From the NCBI GenBank assembly GCA_043228905.1, contig JBHGNT010000181.1, forward strand, positions 1-58,988: 58,988 nt of DNA, in the 5' to 3' direction. The stretch's first letter is position 1. Each line of letters begins with the position of its first letter. This DNA comes from Azolla caroliniana. Its lineage: Eukaryota > Plantae > Polypodiophyta. This document shows positions 46,631 to 58,988 of this stretch, in pieces. A model generated the notes under the pieces. It ran no database searches. It saw nothing but the letters and a program-made list of their open reading frames with translations, and had not been told where the DNA came from. The translations under genes were made by a program, and so were the position numbers.

Positions 46631-47420
46631 GTGCCGTCGTTCGCTGCAAAAACAGGAATCGTGGTCGCCAAAAACTGTGTAAACTCTTAGGGTCGGACAA
46701 TGGCCTAACACAGGGTGTCTACGGAAGACACTTCACCAAAGGGGTGTTACGGCAAGAGGAGTAGGCTCAACGATTAATCCGACTTAATTAGGTTACTTAG
46801 CAAGATCGTCCTTAATAATCACACGCGTAAGATATAACAATGAATGCAGAACGGCAATTAACACAGAGATAAAAAAACGTTAATCTTTATTAATTAACCG
46901 TTGCTCATTACATTGTATCTGGGCCTTTAAATAGGTTTCCGGTCTGTAGTACAAAACGGTGCCATCCGCACCTGTTCGGGATCGGTCCGGATCCGGAACG
47001 GCATACCAATTCCGGTCCGTCCGTCCACACTCATAGCTTACTTACAACCATTCCTAATAATTAATTAACTCCTCCGTTTCACACTCTGGACTCCTTTGCC
47101 GGCCGGTAACAGAAATCCCATTGAAAGGTGCCCCCTCAACGGGATCTTGAAAGGTGCCCCCTTCAACGGGACAACGAGTTCCTCAAAGTCAAGTGAAAAT
47201 TCTCTTTTTTCTATTGAGCCAATTGTTGTTTCTGATAACTCACTTTTCTCAATTGATGAATATAGTCATATTAAGAAAAATAAGTTCGAATTAAGAACAT
47301 TGAGGATGAAGTAGAAAGCTTGACTATAATTTTTTCAATTGAGCCACTCAACTTAGGTGAATCTAGATATAATCAATTTGACAGAATGGATGTCTAAAAT
47401 TTCGAAGAATCCCTCGACAA

Positions 47421-49259
47421 GTGAGCGTGAAACAATATAATTTTTTGTGCTCAAATCGACAAATTTCAATTGACTTATGCAAGCTTTATTGTGGGAGCTT
47501 CTATCTATCAAAATTTGGGAAGACAAATTTGAGGGGGTTGCGAGAAAAATATTTGTCACTTAATGGCGACGAGCAAGACACATTCTTGGTTTCGCATATG
47601 CAAATTGTTAAGGACCAATTGTCAGTGTCCGGTGCTCATCAAGTGCAATATTACCTTTCACTTACGATGAAGTGTTGTCGAGTTGCTTCCAAAATTGTGT
47701 ATAGCATCAGAAACATGAGGCTACAGAGAATTCAACATCAATTAATAAACGGGTGGTGGGTGCCTTTGAACAATATAGATTCTCCATGTAAGGGCTTGAT
47801 TGGGCGACATGTTGTTAGATGGATGGAGATTTATATCTCGAAGCAATGCGATGTTATGCCCACCACGGGAAGGTTACATTTGTCCGATAACTTCATTCGT
47901 CGTGAGGTTTACCAAGCCTGTAAGGATGATATGTTATTGGAATGTGTACCTTATATACAATATCATTATTTTAATCGTTTATGGAGATTGAAGTTTAACA
48001 ATGTGGTTATACCGTGCAAGGTCCGTATGGGTGTTTGTTCGATCTGCGCGAGTTTAAAAAGCTTGGCAAAGAGTGTGTCAAGAGATGAAGAGGTAACTAA
48101 ATATAAGACTTTATTGAGAGAACATCAAGAAAGCCAAGCATTGGAAAGGTCTAAAGTTATGCACCATCGTCAAAAAGCGCTTCAATCGCCAGAAAGATAC
48201 ATGTGCTTGATTGCAGATGGGATGGGTCAGAAGAAGACTTGTTTGCTACACTTTAGAAGGTTGCCCAAAGATATTGGAGATGAATGCCTAGTGCAAATGC
48301 ACTTAGTAGGACGTCTTATCTATTGTCAGACGATAAGGCCTCAAGTGCTCTTAACCTATCCCAATATCCACAATGACCCTAATCTTACAGTTATTGTCAT
48401 GCAAAGAGTTCTTCAAAGTTCGCAAGGTTTACTCCCACCAGTACTATATGTGCAACTTGACAACACGACTAGAGAAAATAAGAACTCAAATGTGTTTGGT
48501 TACCTCAGCATGTTAATAGGCAAGGGTATTTTTAAAAAGATTAAGGTCAACGTCTTGCTAGTTGGTCATATACATGACCATATAGATCAAATGTTTAGCA
48601 GGTTCTCCAAGAAATTAGGGAGGTGCAACACTATCAAGGTTGATCGCGAAAGTTTATACCCCCAGGCCAATTGTGCAACATTTAGATGAGGTATATGATT
48701 TTAAATGCTTTTGTGTGGATGGTGATGGGACAGGATGTAGGGTTCTTGCTCCGCTTAATAATATTAGTTTTAACCATGTCTTCCTTATCCAAAAAAGTGA
48801 AGTTGGTCACAACCGGATAGTGTTATATGCTAAACAATACTCGTCAAGTTCACAATGGGAGCCACGAAGGCTCTTGTTGTTTTCCCAGATGTAGTAATCT
48901 ATGGTGCCGAGCAAAAGCCCTATGATGACCAAAAAAGATTGGCTATTGGTAGTTCCATTGAAGAACAAAAGATATATTGGTTGTGGTGCCTTGAAGAAAA
49001 ACATAAGCATATTGAACGAACAAAGAAGTATGTTGGAGATCAGAATGTGGATTATTGGGATGTCTTCTTTAATCATCAACATATAATATTAGATAACCAT
49101 TTTAAAAGGTATTGGCTACTACATAATCAATTCGAATGGAATTTAGGTGACTCGTCCATGGTGAGCATGACACCTTTACAACAACTAGATAATCTTGAAT
49201 TAAATAACATAGTTCATCCGCGATAGAGAGATATTTATGTGGGACCAAGATTATCACAA
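47421..49259 (+). pseudogene. DDD-type transposase-like gene (Sola-related/GH.H..ID family), frameshifted and interrupted by element D
   Basis: CSIC..H motif, LIADGM, LYVQLDNTTRENKN and LLVGHIHDHIDQMFS. Confidence 0.6.
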
Positions 49260-52200
49260 TGTCATGAAGAAAACCGTCCCTAGGAGGAATTGGGGAATTA
49301 AGGGCGTGAACCGGCCCTTCCATGCGTACGTGGGTTTATGGATTTGTACATAACTAGGATGTAGTCGGCCATTGTAAATATACTACGTAGCGAGCATTAA
49401 TTATCTAGGAAATCGAGGTGTATCACTGTCCAGAGTGATAGAGAATAAAGGTTATGTAATGGTGTCTTGAAGATTTCCGGCTACGGTGAGAAAATCGGGA
49501 GGAACGAGCAAAATGAGGATGTGCAACATTTCACATACACTTGTATATTTGTATATGAAAATGTAAAAGGGGAAAAGTAATAATCTATGGGGGCCAAAGG
49601 TGCACCACAGAGTTCATGAAGGAATAAAGGTGATGTGCATTGGTAGACTAGTGAGTGATGGGCATTAAGTCGGATGGCTAGAATAAAGGGAGTTAAGGCC
49701 CATCAATCTAAGATCTAGGACATATCTCCTCCTTTGAAAAGGAGAAAGGGGATTTGACCACCCCTCTTGTATTGTACCTCACTCCTTACATCTATAAAAG
49801 GGAGTGAGGGTCACGTTTAGAGGGGTTTTCTAATTTTGAGTGTGAGTGAGGTATACCACTTAGTCTAGAGTTCTTCTTCTTATCGTTTAGGGTTAAGGTT
49901 TCCTTATTCATCTTCTCCTTCCTACTTATTCGCTTAGGGTTTCTTATATCGTTTGGTGCGGCCTATGCGGCCACCATTGTTGTAAATGTTTGTCCAGTTT
50001 TAATGTAATTTGTTGTGAATGTTGCTTCCATCTATTTTGGTCTATGCTTATGTGCTACTCTTCATCTTCTCATCTTGTGTTAAGCTTCCATTTCTCGTCT
50101 CATTTTCTTCCTCCATTCCCTAGTCCAAGACCCTCGTGGTCCCGCCTCAGATCCTACACGCGCTCGCAGAATATCATGACATAATTTGGTGAACCACACG
50201 TGAAGAAGCGGCAAGGGAGCATGGAGATGGAAGAAGAATTTGACTTCGAGGAGATGATGGCAAAGATCGTGATGGATGCCGGACGAAAGATGTTGAAGCG
50301 AGATGCAGCTCAACACAGCCTTCGAAAGGGTGGTCGATCGAGTCGGCCTGTTCAATGGGAATGAGGTTCCAAATTTTTTGAGAGCTTACAATGCCAAGAT
50401 GACGGAGCAGGGTGTGGACGAAGCGACCATGTAAAGGTACAAAGAGGTCAAGGAGCTCCGAGAAGCTCACGAGTCGTGTGAGTCCTTTGACGGAGCTCTA
50501 TTGGAAGCGTACGGGTATGTGGAACCGGAGGGGCGAGGTCAGCATGAGTTGGACCGATGGGTGGCGTCGATGGAGCGCCATCGGAGCGCGATGGATGCAT
50601 TCCGAGAGTTCGAATGCCATTTCTCTCAACTCTCGGAGCGGGATCGGAGATCGGTGGGGGTGAACAAAGTCCTCCTATTTTTGAAGACGATCCATCAAGA
50701 GGAGAGAATGGACCTCCTATTTGAGCTTCAAGATGATTATGGAGCATATGGTCTCACCGAGGGGTGGTCTGAGGTGGAATGGGTGTGTCATAAACATGAT
50801 GCGAGGCGGTCGGCCGCAACACGGCCCGCGAGCGGCGGAGAAGAGAGAGCGGCGAGTGACTACGCACTACCGCCGGAAGAGAGCTCAATGCAAAACGGAT
50901 CGGAGGAGCTCGACCTAGAAGCGCTAATACGGGAGGCATGCGACATTGTGAGGTCGAAGTTCGGAGCCGAAACATCGAGTAGGGAGGAGACAAGCGGCAG
51001 TGCCGCAACCTTACACTCACCGGCCCTAGAGGCTCCAATGGTTGGCTCGAGTGCCGGCGTGAGACCTAGAGCGACGGGCGGTAGTGGTGGAAAGGCAGGC
51101 AACCGAGACAACGGTAAAGAGACCGTGGAAGAGGAGGCGGCAAGCATACTCGAGGCTTTCATAATCGGAGATGAGGTAACCACGGACAACGACGTCCGGA
51201 TGGAGGTGGCTACGGGCATGACGAGCGGCGGTGCCGCGACCTTACACACACCGGCCCTAGAGGCTCCGGCGGTCGGCCCGAGTGCCGGCGTGAGACCTAG
51301 AGCGACGGGCGGTGGCGGCGGCAAGGCAGGCAACCGAGACAACGACGAAGGGAACGACGAGGATTGTAGCAGACGAAGGCAAGATCCCTCGACACCACGG
51401 CCAGAGACTACGGTGGTTGCGCTCGAAGGCCAACGTGAGACTGGAGAGATGGGCAGTGGCCGTGAGGAGGCATGGTCCGGAGAGAGCACATGTGAAGAGG
51501 ATGCGGGGACCGGAATGGGCGTATACGAAAGGTTCGACGGAGAGGCCCGGAGCGGCAAAGAGGAGAGAGTCAGGAACCGACCCGACCGAAAGATGACTGG
51601 GTCGGTAATCCGACATGACCAGAAGGAGAACCGAAAGAAGAATGGAGCAAGGGCCGGCGATCCGGGCCCAAACCGGAGAAAAGCCGGCAAGGCCGGATTT
51701 GTTCGGACAAACGCGTACCGGCTGGTGACGATTGCCGAAGGAAGCCAACTGAACCGAAACACGATTGGTTCGGAACGATTCGGGCAAGGGCCAAGCCGGC
51801 ATGATTGCAGGTCGAGGCATACGGGTCATGACACCCGGTGGGAGCCGATCAGCGCGAGGAGGTTAACCGGACATGATGAGTACGGTTCAGTGGAAGAACG
51901 AAAACTCGAGGGACCCTCTACACCTTTTCTAGAGACTTCAGTGGTTGCGGATCAATGTGAGACCGGAGAGACAACGGGTGGCGGCGAGGAGTGGGTTACC
52001 GAAGAGGACGAGGTTACCGGAGTGGGTATCCGGTGCGGAAAAATAGACGAGCGGGGCCAAGAGGGCTGAACGGAGTTGGTAGGGGTTACGGCAACAAGGG
52101 AAGGAGAGACCGACGCGGAGTTCGGGTCTACGGTGGATGAAGGGCGTAACACGAAGCATGCATTATGATGTCGCGTTGTTGCGCGCGTGCGTGGAGAAAG

Positions 52201-53074
52201 GCGGGACCACGGGGGTCTTGGACTAGGGAGCGACAGAGCGTAGGAAGTCGTACTTCACCGTTTTTGGGGCACCCCCCTGAAACGCACCGGAAGCAACCGA
52301 GGGGAGAGAGAGAGAGAGAGAGCGTGCTTGACACCGACTCACGCGTGCACACACACACGCACACACACACACACACACACGCCCTCATGTACAGGAAACG
52401 CACGGAAGGAGGGGAGCACCCGACACCAACAAGACGCCAATATACACAGACAGACGCAAACGTATATGTATATATATATAGGAAGAATACACTCCCGGCT
52501 TCGAGCTGGACTGAGGTGGGTTACAGTAGTCGTCTACTGCCAAGCCGCCGTCGAGGAGCTCACGGGCTCGTCGCGCCGAGCGGGGTCTTGCGCAGGAGAT
52601 GAGCTGAAGCAAACCCTAAACGAACACGAAGGGGAAGAAGAAGAAGCAGAAGAAACCTAACCCTAAACCTACCGGTATACCCTCGAATGCAAAATGGGCA
52701 ACCCTTTTACAAAGGGTGTTCCCTCCCTTTTATAGAACAAGGAGAGGGATGCGTTACAATGTGGGACAAATCCCGACTTTCATGGGATCGTCTGTCCCGA
52801 CTTGACTACTCTTCGACGCCATAAAGGCGCCCTCGATATTCACACTAAATGTACATGGGCGCGTACACACGCTGCACCCCGCCGATGTAGCCAATGTTTC
52901 CCGGTTTTCGCCTATGGCCGAAATTCTTCACGACATCCGCCCCCACCTAATTGCACGTCCACTGGTACGTGCCAATCTGGTTGAAGGGTGAGAGATTTCG
53001 GCTGGTGAGAAACCGGTCTCCCGTGATCCGCATCTCGGCTCGCTGCCGGTTTGATCCGTCGGCTCCGAGTCTTC
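49260..53074 (+). mobile_element. Element D: 5' part of a C-related, apparently non-autonomous LTR element
   Basis: LTR 49260-50181 (TGTCATGA...TCATGACA; CTATAAAAG at 49792). PBS TGGTGAACCACACGTGAA at 50187-50204. Gag N-terminus homologous to C. No pol before interruption by A3. Confidence 0.8.
50221..52069 (+). pseudogene. Element D Gag-derived ORF with a long low-complexity, internally duplicated tail
   Basis: NKVLLFL..GLTEGWSEV versus DKVILFL..GLTEDWEEV in C. The ~40-aa repeat AATLH.PALEAP.VG.SAGVRPRATGG occurs twice. Confidence 0.7.
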
Positions 53075-53545
53075 TGTTATTCTCTAGCCGGACAAGGCCT
53101 AACACAAGGTGTCACGGAGACACTTCACCAAAGGGTGATTACGGCATAGGATTAAGATTCAACGATTACACCGACTTACATAGGTTACACGATTAGAATG
53201 CTTCGGTTAATTACACGCGTAAGATATAACAGTAATTACAGAACGGAAATCAAGACAGAAGTATAAACAACATAAGCTCTATTAATTATCCATTGCGGCT
53301 ACAATGGGGTCCGGGCCTTTAAATAGGTTTCCGGCCCGTAGTACAAAACGGTGCCTCTCGCACCTATTCGGGATCCGTCCGGATCTGGAACGGCATACCG
53401 TTTCCAGTCCGTCCGTCCACACTATGCTCATTTACAACCATATCTAATTAATTCCTTCACTCCGTATTTTGGACTCCTTGCCGGCCGGTAACACATGGCA
53501 CGCCCGTGGGACAGTACCTTGTACGTCGAACCCTTCTCGGCCCCT

Positions 53546-55163
53546 TCATTGTTCACCCAAATTGTCCAAATTACTTTGTTCAAGAATTTCCACTTGTTCT
53601 TCCGGTTGTGGTTGTTGCGGCTGTGCTTGCTGCTGCTGCTGTGGCTGCGGTTGGGACTGAGGCTGCTCCGGCTGCTCTGCTTGCTGCTGCTGCTCCGTTT
53701 GTTTCGCTGACTCCGGCTGCTCCGTTTGTCTCTCTGGCTCCGGCATCTCCGTTTGACTGCTTCCGGTCCGGTCTCCTTCCAGTAAGGGTTCCTCATCACT
53801 GAGGTTGACCGTAACTGGTTCTCGTTCTTTCTCTTCCCGGATCCGGGACCTCTCGTAGCTTTCAAACTGGATCTGCGCCTCCAGCCTGTCGTCGTCCAGT
53901 TGAGCTACAAGTTGCCGGACTTGCTCTAGTTGGTCCTCTGCCAAGGCTTGAAAGTCTTCGGCCAGCTCATCTCTTATGCCGGTGAAATCTTCAGAATTCA
54001 GCATATAGCAATCATCTCCCTCCTTCCGCCGGTTCTCTACGTCGGCCCGGAGCAGTTGGAGTTCCGCCGCGTTCGTGGCCCACTTGGTCCACCATTTGAC
54101 GGAACCGTTGTTAATCAAGCTCTTGGTCTTGGTCTGGTTCTACTCCTTGGCCGCCGTGTGCTCTGGCTGGGCTCGCCGGCTGTTGAGTTCCGGTTCTCGC
54201 CGTCTCCGGAGCCGTTGGACTGACTTCTTCTATAGAAGTCAACAAGACCGGTTCCCTACGCACCGGTTCCGGTTCTTCCCTTGTGGTTTGCTCAGGTTGA
54301 GTTGGGGGCGTTTCTGCCTCTCGCGGGTACGACCGCTCCCCTCCTGTCTCGGCGGCCCTACTTCTTGACCGTCGTTGGAGGTGCTCTTCTGGCTCCTCCG
54401 TTTCCTCTTCCTGTGTCACGGCATGTTTCTGTGCCGTCAAGGGTTCCGGTTCCTTCTGTCCCGGTCTCCGTAAGGTTATCTTGACGGGTCGGACCGGTGA
54501 CACCTCCTCCGGTTCTGGGACCCGTTTCTTCCCTTTCGTCACCTTCGACGCCAGCAGCTGTTGTCGTTTGGACGCCGGCTTCGAGGTGCTTCCTTCCGAT
54601 ACTCTTTGCCGCTTCTTTGGCTGAACGGTCTCGACCGGCGGCACGAGCAATGTTATCCACTGAGCGACGGCATGCCACAGCTTCCGGCCCTCCTTGCCGT
54701 CCTTTCCTCATACCATGTCGATTGCCACGCACAAACCGTCTGCAATCAACACCGGCCAATCCACCTTGGTCCCTTCATAGGTGGCTATGATCATCCCTGC
54801 CCGATTTTTTGGCATGACAGGGGGTCGGGGGTACACGTGGCCGTACTCATGGAGCACTCGAGCTATCTCCCTGAACAGCGGATCTTCGCCGCCCTGCGTT
54901 CGATAGCCTTTGCCGGCAACAGAGTACTCACCGAAATATCGGGTGAGTTGCTCCGAGGTTGGATTATCAATCTGAAAAATTCCTCCCTCCGGAAGGCCTG
55001 TTAGCGCACGGATCGCTTCCTCGGTGATGACTTCCTTGTCGAGCTCCTTGATGACCTGGTCGGCTTCTCTGTGCGGTGGTGCTTCCATGATGGCCAAGAA
55101 GCCCTCCAGTCCGTGTTGCCTGAACCATTTCCTGGCCGCTTCCGACAGCGTTTGTGGTTCCAT
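53546..55163 (-). pseudogene. A3 accessory ORF, coiled-coil segment deleted
   Basis: Starts MEPQTLSEAARKWFRQHGLEGFL. Pieces 54708-55463, 54111-54650 and 53546-54118. Confidence 0.75.
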
Positions 55164-55488
55164 GTCTGCTTCGAGGTCGAGGAAAGATGGCGAGGTAGAG
55201 TGGTGCTGAGAGTGAGGACGAGAGAGAGAGCGTTCTGAACGTGGGGGTTCTCTGCGTGCAGGTTCGCGTTTGCTCAGCTTCCACTGTCTTGGTGCTTCTG
55301 TGCTTCTTGGCTCGCGAAATGAAAACATCTCCATGCGTTCTGCTTCTTCTTTGTGCGTTTTGGCGCCTTTTTCGAGCATGCACACGTCGTGTACTAATTT
55401 AGTATTAAGTAGCGTGGCGGCTCTTAAATGCCCACTACGTACCTTTTCGCGCCTTGCTTTCACACCCGTTCATACCTCGATTTTTAAT

Positions 55489-55520
<32 letters not shown>

Positions 55521-55534
55521 GACGGTGTGTGACC

Positions 55535-58500
55535 TTACACATCCGTAGGTCCCCTTGGCCCCTTACCGTTTTCCTTACGGGTTGCCGTGTCTTCCTTCGC
55601 CTCTGCTACTGGTTCCCCGTCGTCTTTTTCTTCCGGACCGATACGTACCGATCCCGGTGTAGTGCCGGTGAGCTGCATAAACGGGTTCTTTGGCATCGGT
55701 CCTTTATAGGGTTTTAGTCGAAATCCGTTTACCCACTTGCCTAGTACTTCACCGGCAAGTGTCCCTATCTGATAGGACCCGTTGTATTCCCGTGTCAGCC
55801 AATACGGGCCTGTCCATCTAAACCGGAGTTTACCCGGCATCTTGCCCATCCTCGTTTGGAATACTAGCACCGGCTTTCCGATTTCGAACATCTTCTCATT
55901 ACCTTTTCGGTGACGGTCAACGAACGCTTTCCGTCGTCGTTGCTCCAGTTCCATGTGTAGGATGCTGGCCAGCCGTTGCTCCTCTAGTTCGCATAGTGCT
56001 GCTAGCCGCATTTCCTCCGACTTCTTTTCATTCAGCCGTTCCCGTAGTTGGATCCGTAAGCTTGGTACCTGAAATTCCACCGGCATGACCGCTTCTAAGC
56101 CGAATGCTAACCGGAACGGCGTTGTCCGGATACTTGTTTTGTATGCCGTTCTGTACGCCCATAGCGCACTATGGAGCTTTGTGTCCCAGTCCGTCCGGTT
56201 TTCATTGACAATTTTGCGGAGAATGTTCTGCAGCGTTTTGTTGGTGGACTCTGCTAACCCGTTCGCCTGTGGGTAGTACGGTGTGCTTCGTTTATGGACC
56301 ACGGCATAGAACGTTGTTAAGCTTTCCACTACCTGGCCAAGGAAGTGGCCTCCTTGGTCGCTGATTAATTCAATCGGACATCCATACCGGCACCAAATGT
56401 TTTCGTACAGGAATTTTGCTGTGGATGACGCGGTGTTGTCTCTCAGGGCCTTAGCTTCCACCCATTTCGTGCAATAATCCGTTGCCACGATTACATAACG
56501 ATTACCTGTTCTCATTGCCGGTGGCTTGAACGGTCCGACAAATCCAACCCCCACTTCTGGAATGGCTCTAGTGGAAGTACCGGTTGGTGTGGCATCCGTG
56601 CTTGCTCCGTAGGCTGGCCCATTCGTTGGCATAGGTCACATTCCTTAGCATACTTGACGGCGTCTTTTAACGTCGTGGGCCACCATAAGCCGCTCTGCCA
56701 TACTTTCCTCGCCGTCGCTTCCCCGGCATAGTGTCCTCCGGCAACCCCACAGTGTGCTTCCCGTAAGATTACTTCTTTCTCGTCACTACGGACTGCCCGT
56801 CTCCATATTCCATCTGCTCCTTTGTGGTAGAGAGTGTCCCGTAACAGACAGAAATTGCGGCTCTGCACCGCCAGTCGTTTCCTCTCGTCCCGGTTCATTT
56901 CCTCCGGTGGCAGGCCCGTGCTTAGGAACTGGTGCATGTTTGTCAGCCATTTATCTTCTGATGCCACCGTGTCGTCCGCTGCCGTTTCCGGGGTGATACG
57001 GAATAACTCCGCGTCCGGGAATTCATCCGCTACTCCGTCGCCTGGTTCTCCGGACTCTAACCGGCTCAGGTAGTCTGCTACGGCATGCTGGATACCGGGC
57101 CGGTGGAAAATCTCGAATTCGAACTCCTGCAACAGCAAGGTCCAACGGGCCAACTTACCGGTCAAGGACGCCTTGGAAACTAAGTAGAGGAGCGCCGAGT
57201 GATCCACATGGAAGGAGAACTTCCTTCCCAATAGGTAGTGACGAAACTTTGTTACACTGTAGATCATGCCCAGGGCCTCCCGTTCCGTCGTTGAATAGTT
57301 CTTCTCCGCTTGGGACAGCTTCCGGCTGGCGTAATATACCGGCCGGTACCATTTAGGCTCCGTAAGTTGCATTAAGGCGCTGCCAATAGCGATGTCGGAA
57401 GCGTCCACGAACACATGAAATTCCTTGCTCCAATCCGGAGGCTGCACGACGGGTGCTTGCGATAAAAGTACCTTCAGGGCATTGTATGCCTTATCCTCCG
57501 TATCCGTCCATTGGAACGGTGTCCGATGTACCGCGGTGTGTAATGGTGTAGCCAAGTCAGCCAAGTGACGGAGCATCCGGCTGTGCCACCGGATCTGTCC
57601 TAAGAATCGGCTTAGTGCTTTGGCCGTTTTCGGCGCCGGTGCCCCTAGTATGGCGTTTACTTTGTCCGGGTCGACCGCAATGCCCTCCTTACTTACAATG
57701 TGTCCCAGCAATATTCCACTTGAAACCCCAAAGATGCATTTTGCTGGGTTTAAGCTTAGCCGGTATAACCTACACTTTTCAAGGCATAACCGTAGGTGCT
57801 GCAAATGGTCTTTTCCCCGGCTATAGACTGCAAAATCATCCAGGAAAACTTGCATGAAGGCAGGAATGTATTCGCCGAAGATCTCCATGATGATTCGCTG
57901 GAAAGTTGCTGGTGCCGTTTTTAGGCCGAACATCATGACTTCGGCCACAAACACCCCCCATTCGGTGACGAACGCTGTCTTCTCCTGGTCGTCGGGGTGC
58001 ATCCGGATTTGATTGTATCCGCTGAAGCCGTCTAAAAAGCTATAAACGTCATGGCCGGCGACGGCATCCAGTACTCCATCCGTGAACGGAAGAGGGAATG
58101 CATCCGTAATTGTGGCGGCATTTAGTTTCCTGTAATCTACACACACACGGATTTTACCGTTCTTCTTTGGGACGACGACGATGGGGCTCAGCCACGTCGC
58201 TTTCTTTACCGGCCGGATGAAGCCCACTCTTAGGAGTTTGTCGATTTCCTCCTTCACTTTGGCGGCGTAGTTGGGGTTCATTCGGTATCGTCTTTGCGCC
58301 ACTGGTTTCGCGTCCTTGCCTAAGTGGATCTGATGCTGATATAATTGAGGGTCCAGCCCTCGCATGTCTTCGTATGACCAGGCGAATACGTCGCGAAACT
58401 CCGTGAGAAGTTTGATCATCGCCGCTTTATCTTCCGGCTTCATTTCTTTGGCGATGTGTACCGGCTTTGATTCGTCCTTGCTTCCTAGGTTCACTTCGTC

Positions 58501-58988
58501 GAGCTGGGATGCTTTTACCCGTTGGGAAACGGCCATTTCCCGTTCCAACGCTTCCTGTGCTTGCCGTAATTCCCGAATCGCATCTTTGTCTGGTTCGGCT
58601 TCGGTGTCGTCCCGCTGCGGCAAGTATGCGGCTATGGCTTCAGCTACGTCAATCTCGAAGAGTGGTACGATCTTCGGGTGTTCCTCCAAGTACTGGGCTT
58701 CTTCGTCGTCTGCCAATCCTTCAAGCATGTTCACACATTCCGCATACAGCGGTGTGCATTCCTTACCGTTGCTCGTCCGTGGTTGTGTCGGTACCCGGAC
58801 CTTGGCTTTTCCGCGCCGGAAGGTAATCATATTTTTTCGCCAATTTTGCTTGATGTGTGTTGTTTTCAACCATGGTCTGCCCAGCAATAGTGGGTACGCG
58901 CCTTGCGCCTGTAGCTGCAGCACGACAGCCGAGATGTGAAATGTGTGGCCTCCTATGGTGACTTCCAATTTCCGTATTAAGCCCGTCG
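55535..58988 (-). CDS. A3 Pol (PR end, RT, RH, IN) with a single frameshift near 56540
   Basis: ORFs 56512-58968 and 55535-56632 join at WGLD/FVGPFKP. Confidence 0.92.

Larger units (their letters stand above)
34184..47111 (-). mobile_element. Full-length family-A Ty3/Gypsy copy A2 (non-chromoviral, Phygy/Selgy/Athila-like RT)
   Basis: 434-bp LTRs 34184-34617 and 46678-47111 (about 15 mismatches by eye). TSD GAAAT (34179-83 and 47112-16). Minus-strand PBS TGGCGACCAC (46661-46670). TATA and AATAAA on minus. Gene order gag-PR-RT-RH-IN-accessory ORF. Confidence 0.95.
53075..58988 (-). mobile_element. Family-A copy A3 (3' LTR 53075-53493, accessory ORF, near-intact pol), continuing beyond the window
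   Basis: LTR is homologous to A1 and A2. The second PBS is at 53496. Confidence 0.93.

Noticed and set aside
50860-51829. Long minus-strand ORFs in element D
   Set aside because: Ser/Pro-rich reverse complements of the GC-rich plus ORF with no independent support.
52300-52480. (GA)n, (CA)n and (TA)n tracts
   Set aside because: Ordinary microsatellites within element D.

Overview
Plant nuclear DNA, probably from a non-seed plant such as a fern or bryophyte (inferred from the retrotransposon lineages; not provable here). After the 3' end of one host gene (saccharopine-dehydrogenase-like oxidoreductase), about 95% of the window is a nested transposon pile-up. It contains: L1-type LINE remnants; a hAT MITE; two solo LTRs; four copies of a non-chromoviral Ty3/Gypsy family with a 3' accessory ORF (family A: B, A1, A2 full-length, A3); an intact and very young Ty1/Copia; a tRNA-Trp-primed Gypsy (C) and a non-autonomous relative (D); an endonuclease-less Penelope-like element with a hammerhead ribozyme; and a decayed DDD-transposase/ParB-like gene pair. 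The most striking observation concerns family A. It has no polypurine tract. Exactly 2 nt before the 3' LTR it carries a copy of a tRNA-Arg 3' end, which is a second, opposite-strand primer-binding site, suggesting both cDNA strands are tRNA-primed. Other unusual items: a 118-bp fold-back element made of two inverted LTR U3 ends with an integrase-type TSD; three tRNA-like A/B-box cassettes inside the LTRs of element C; and telomeric repeats at the junction of the Penelope insertion. tRNA identities are from recalled plant tRNA 3' ends and need database confirmation.
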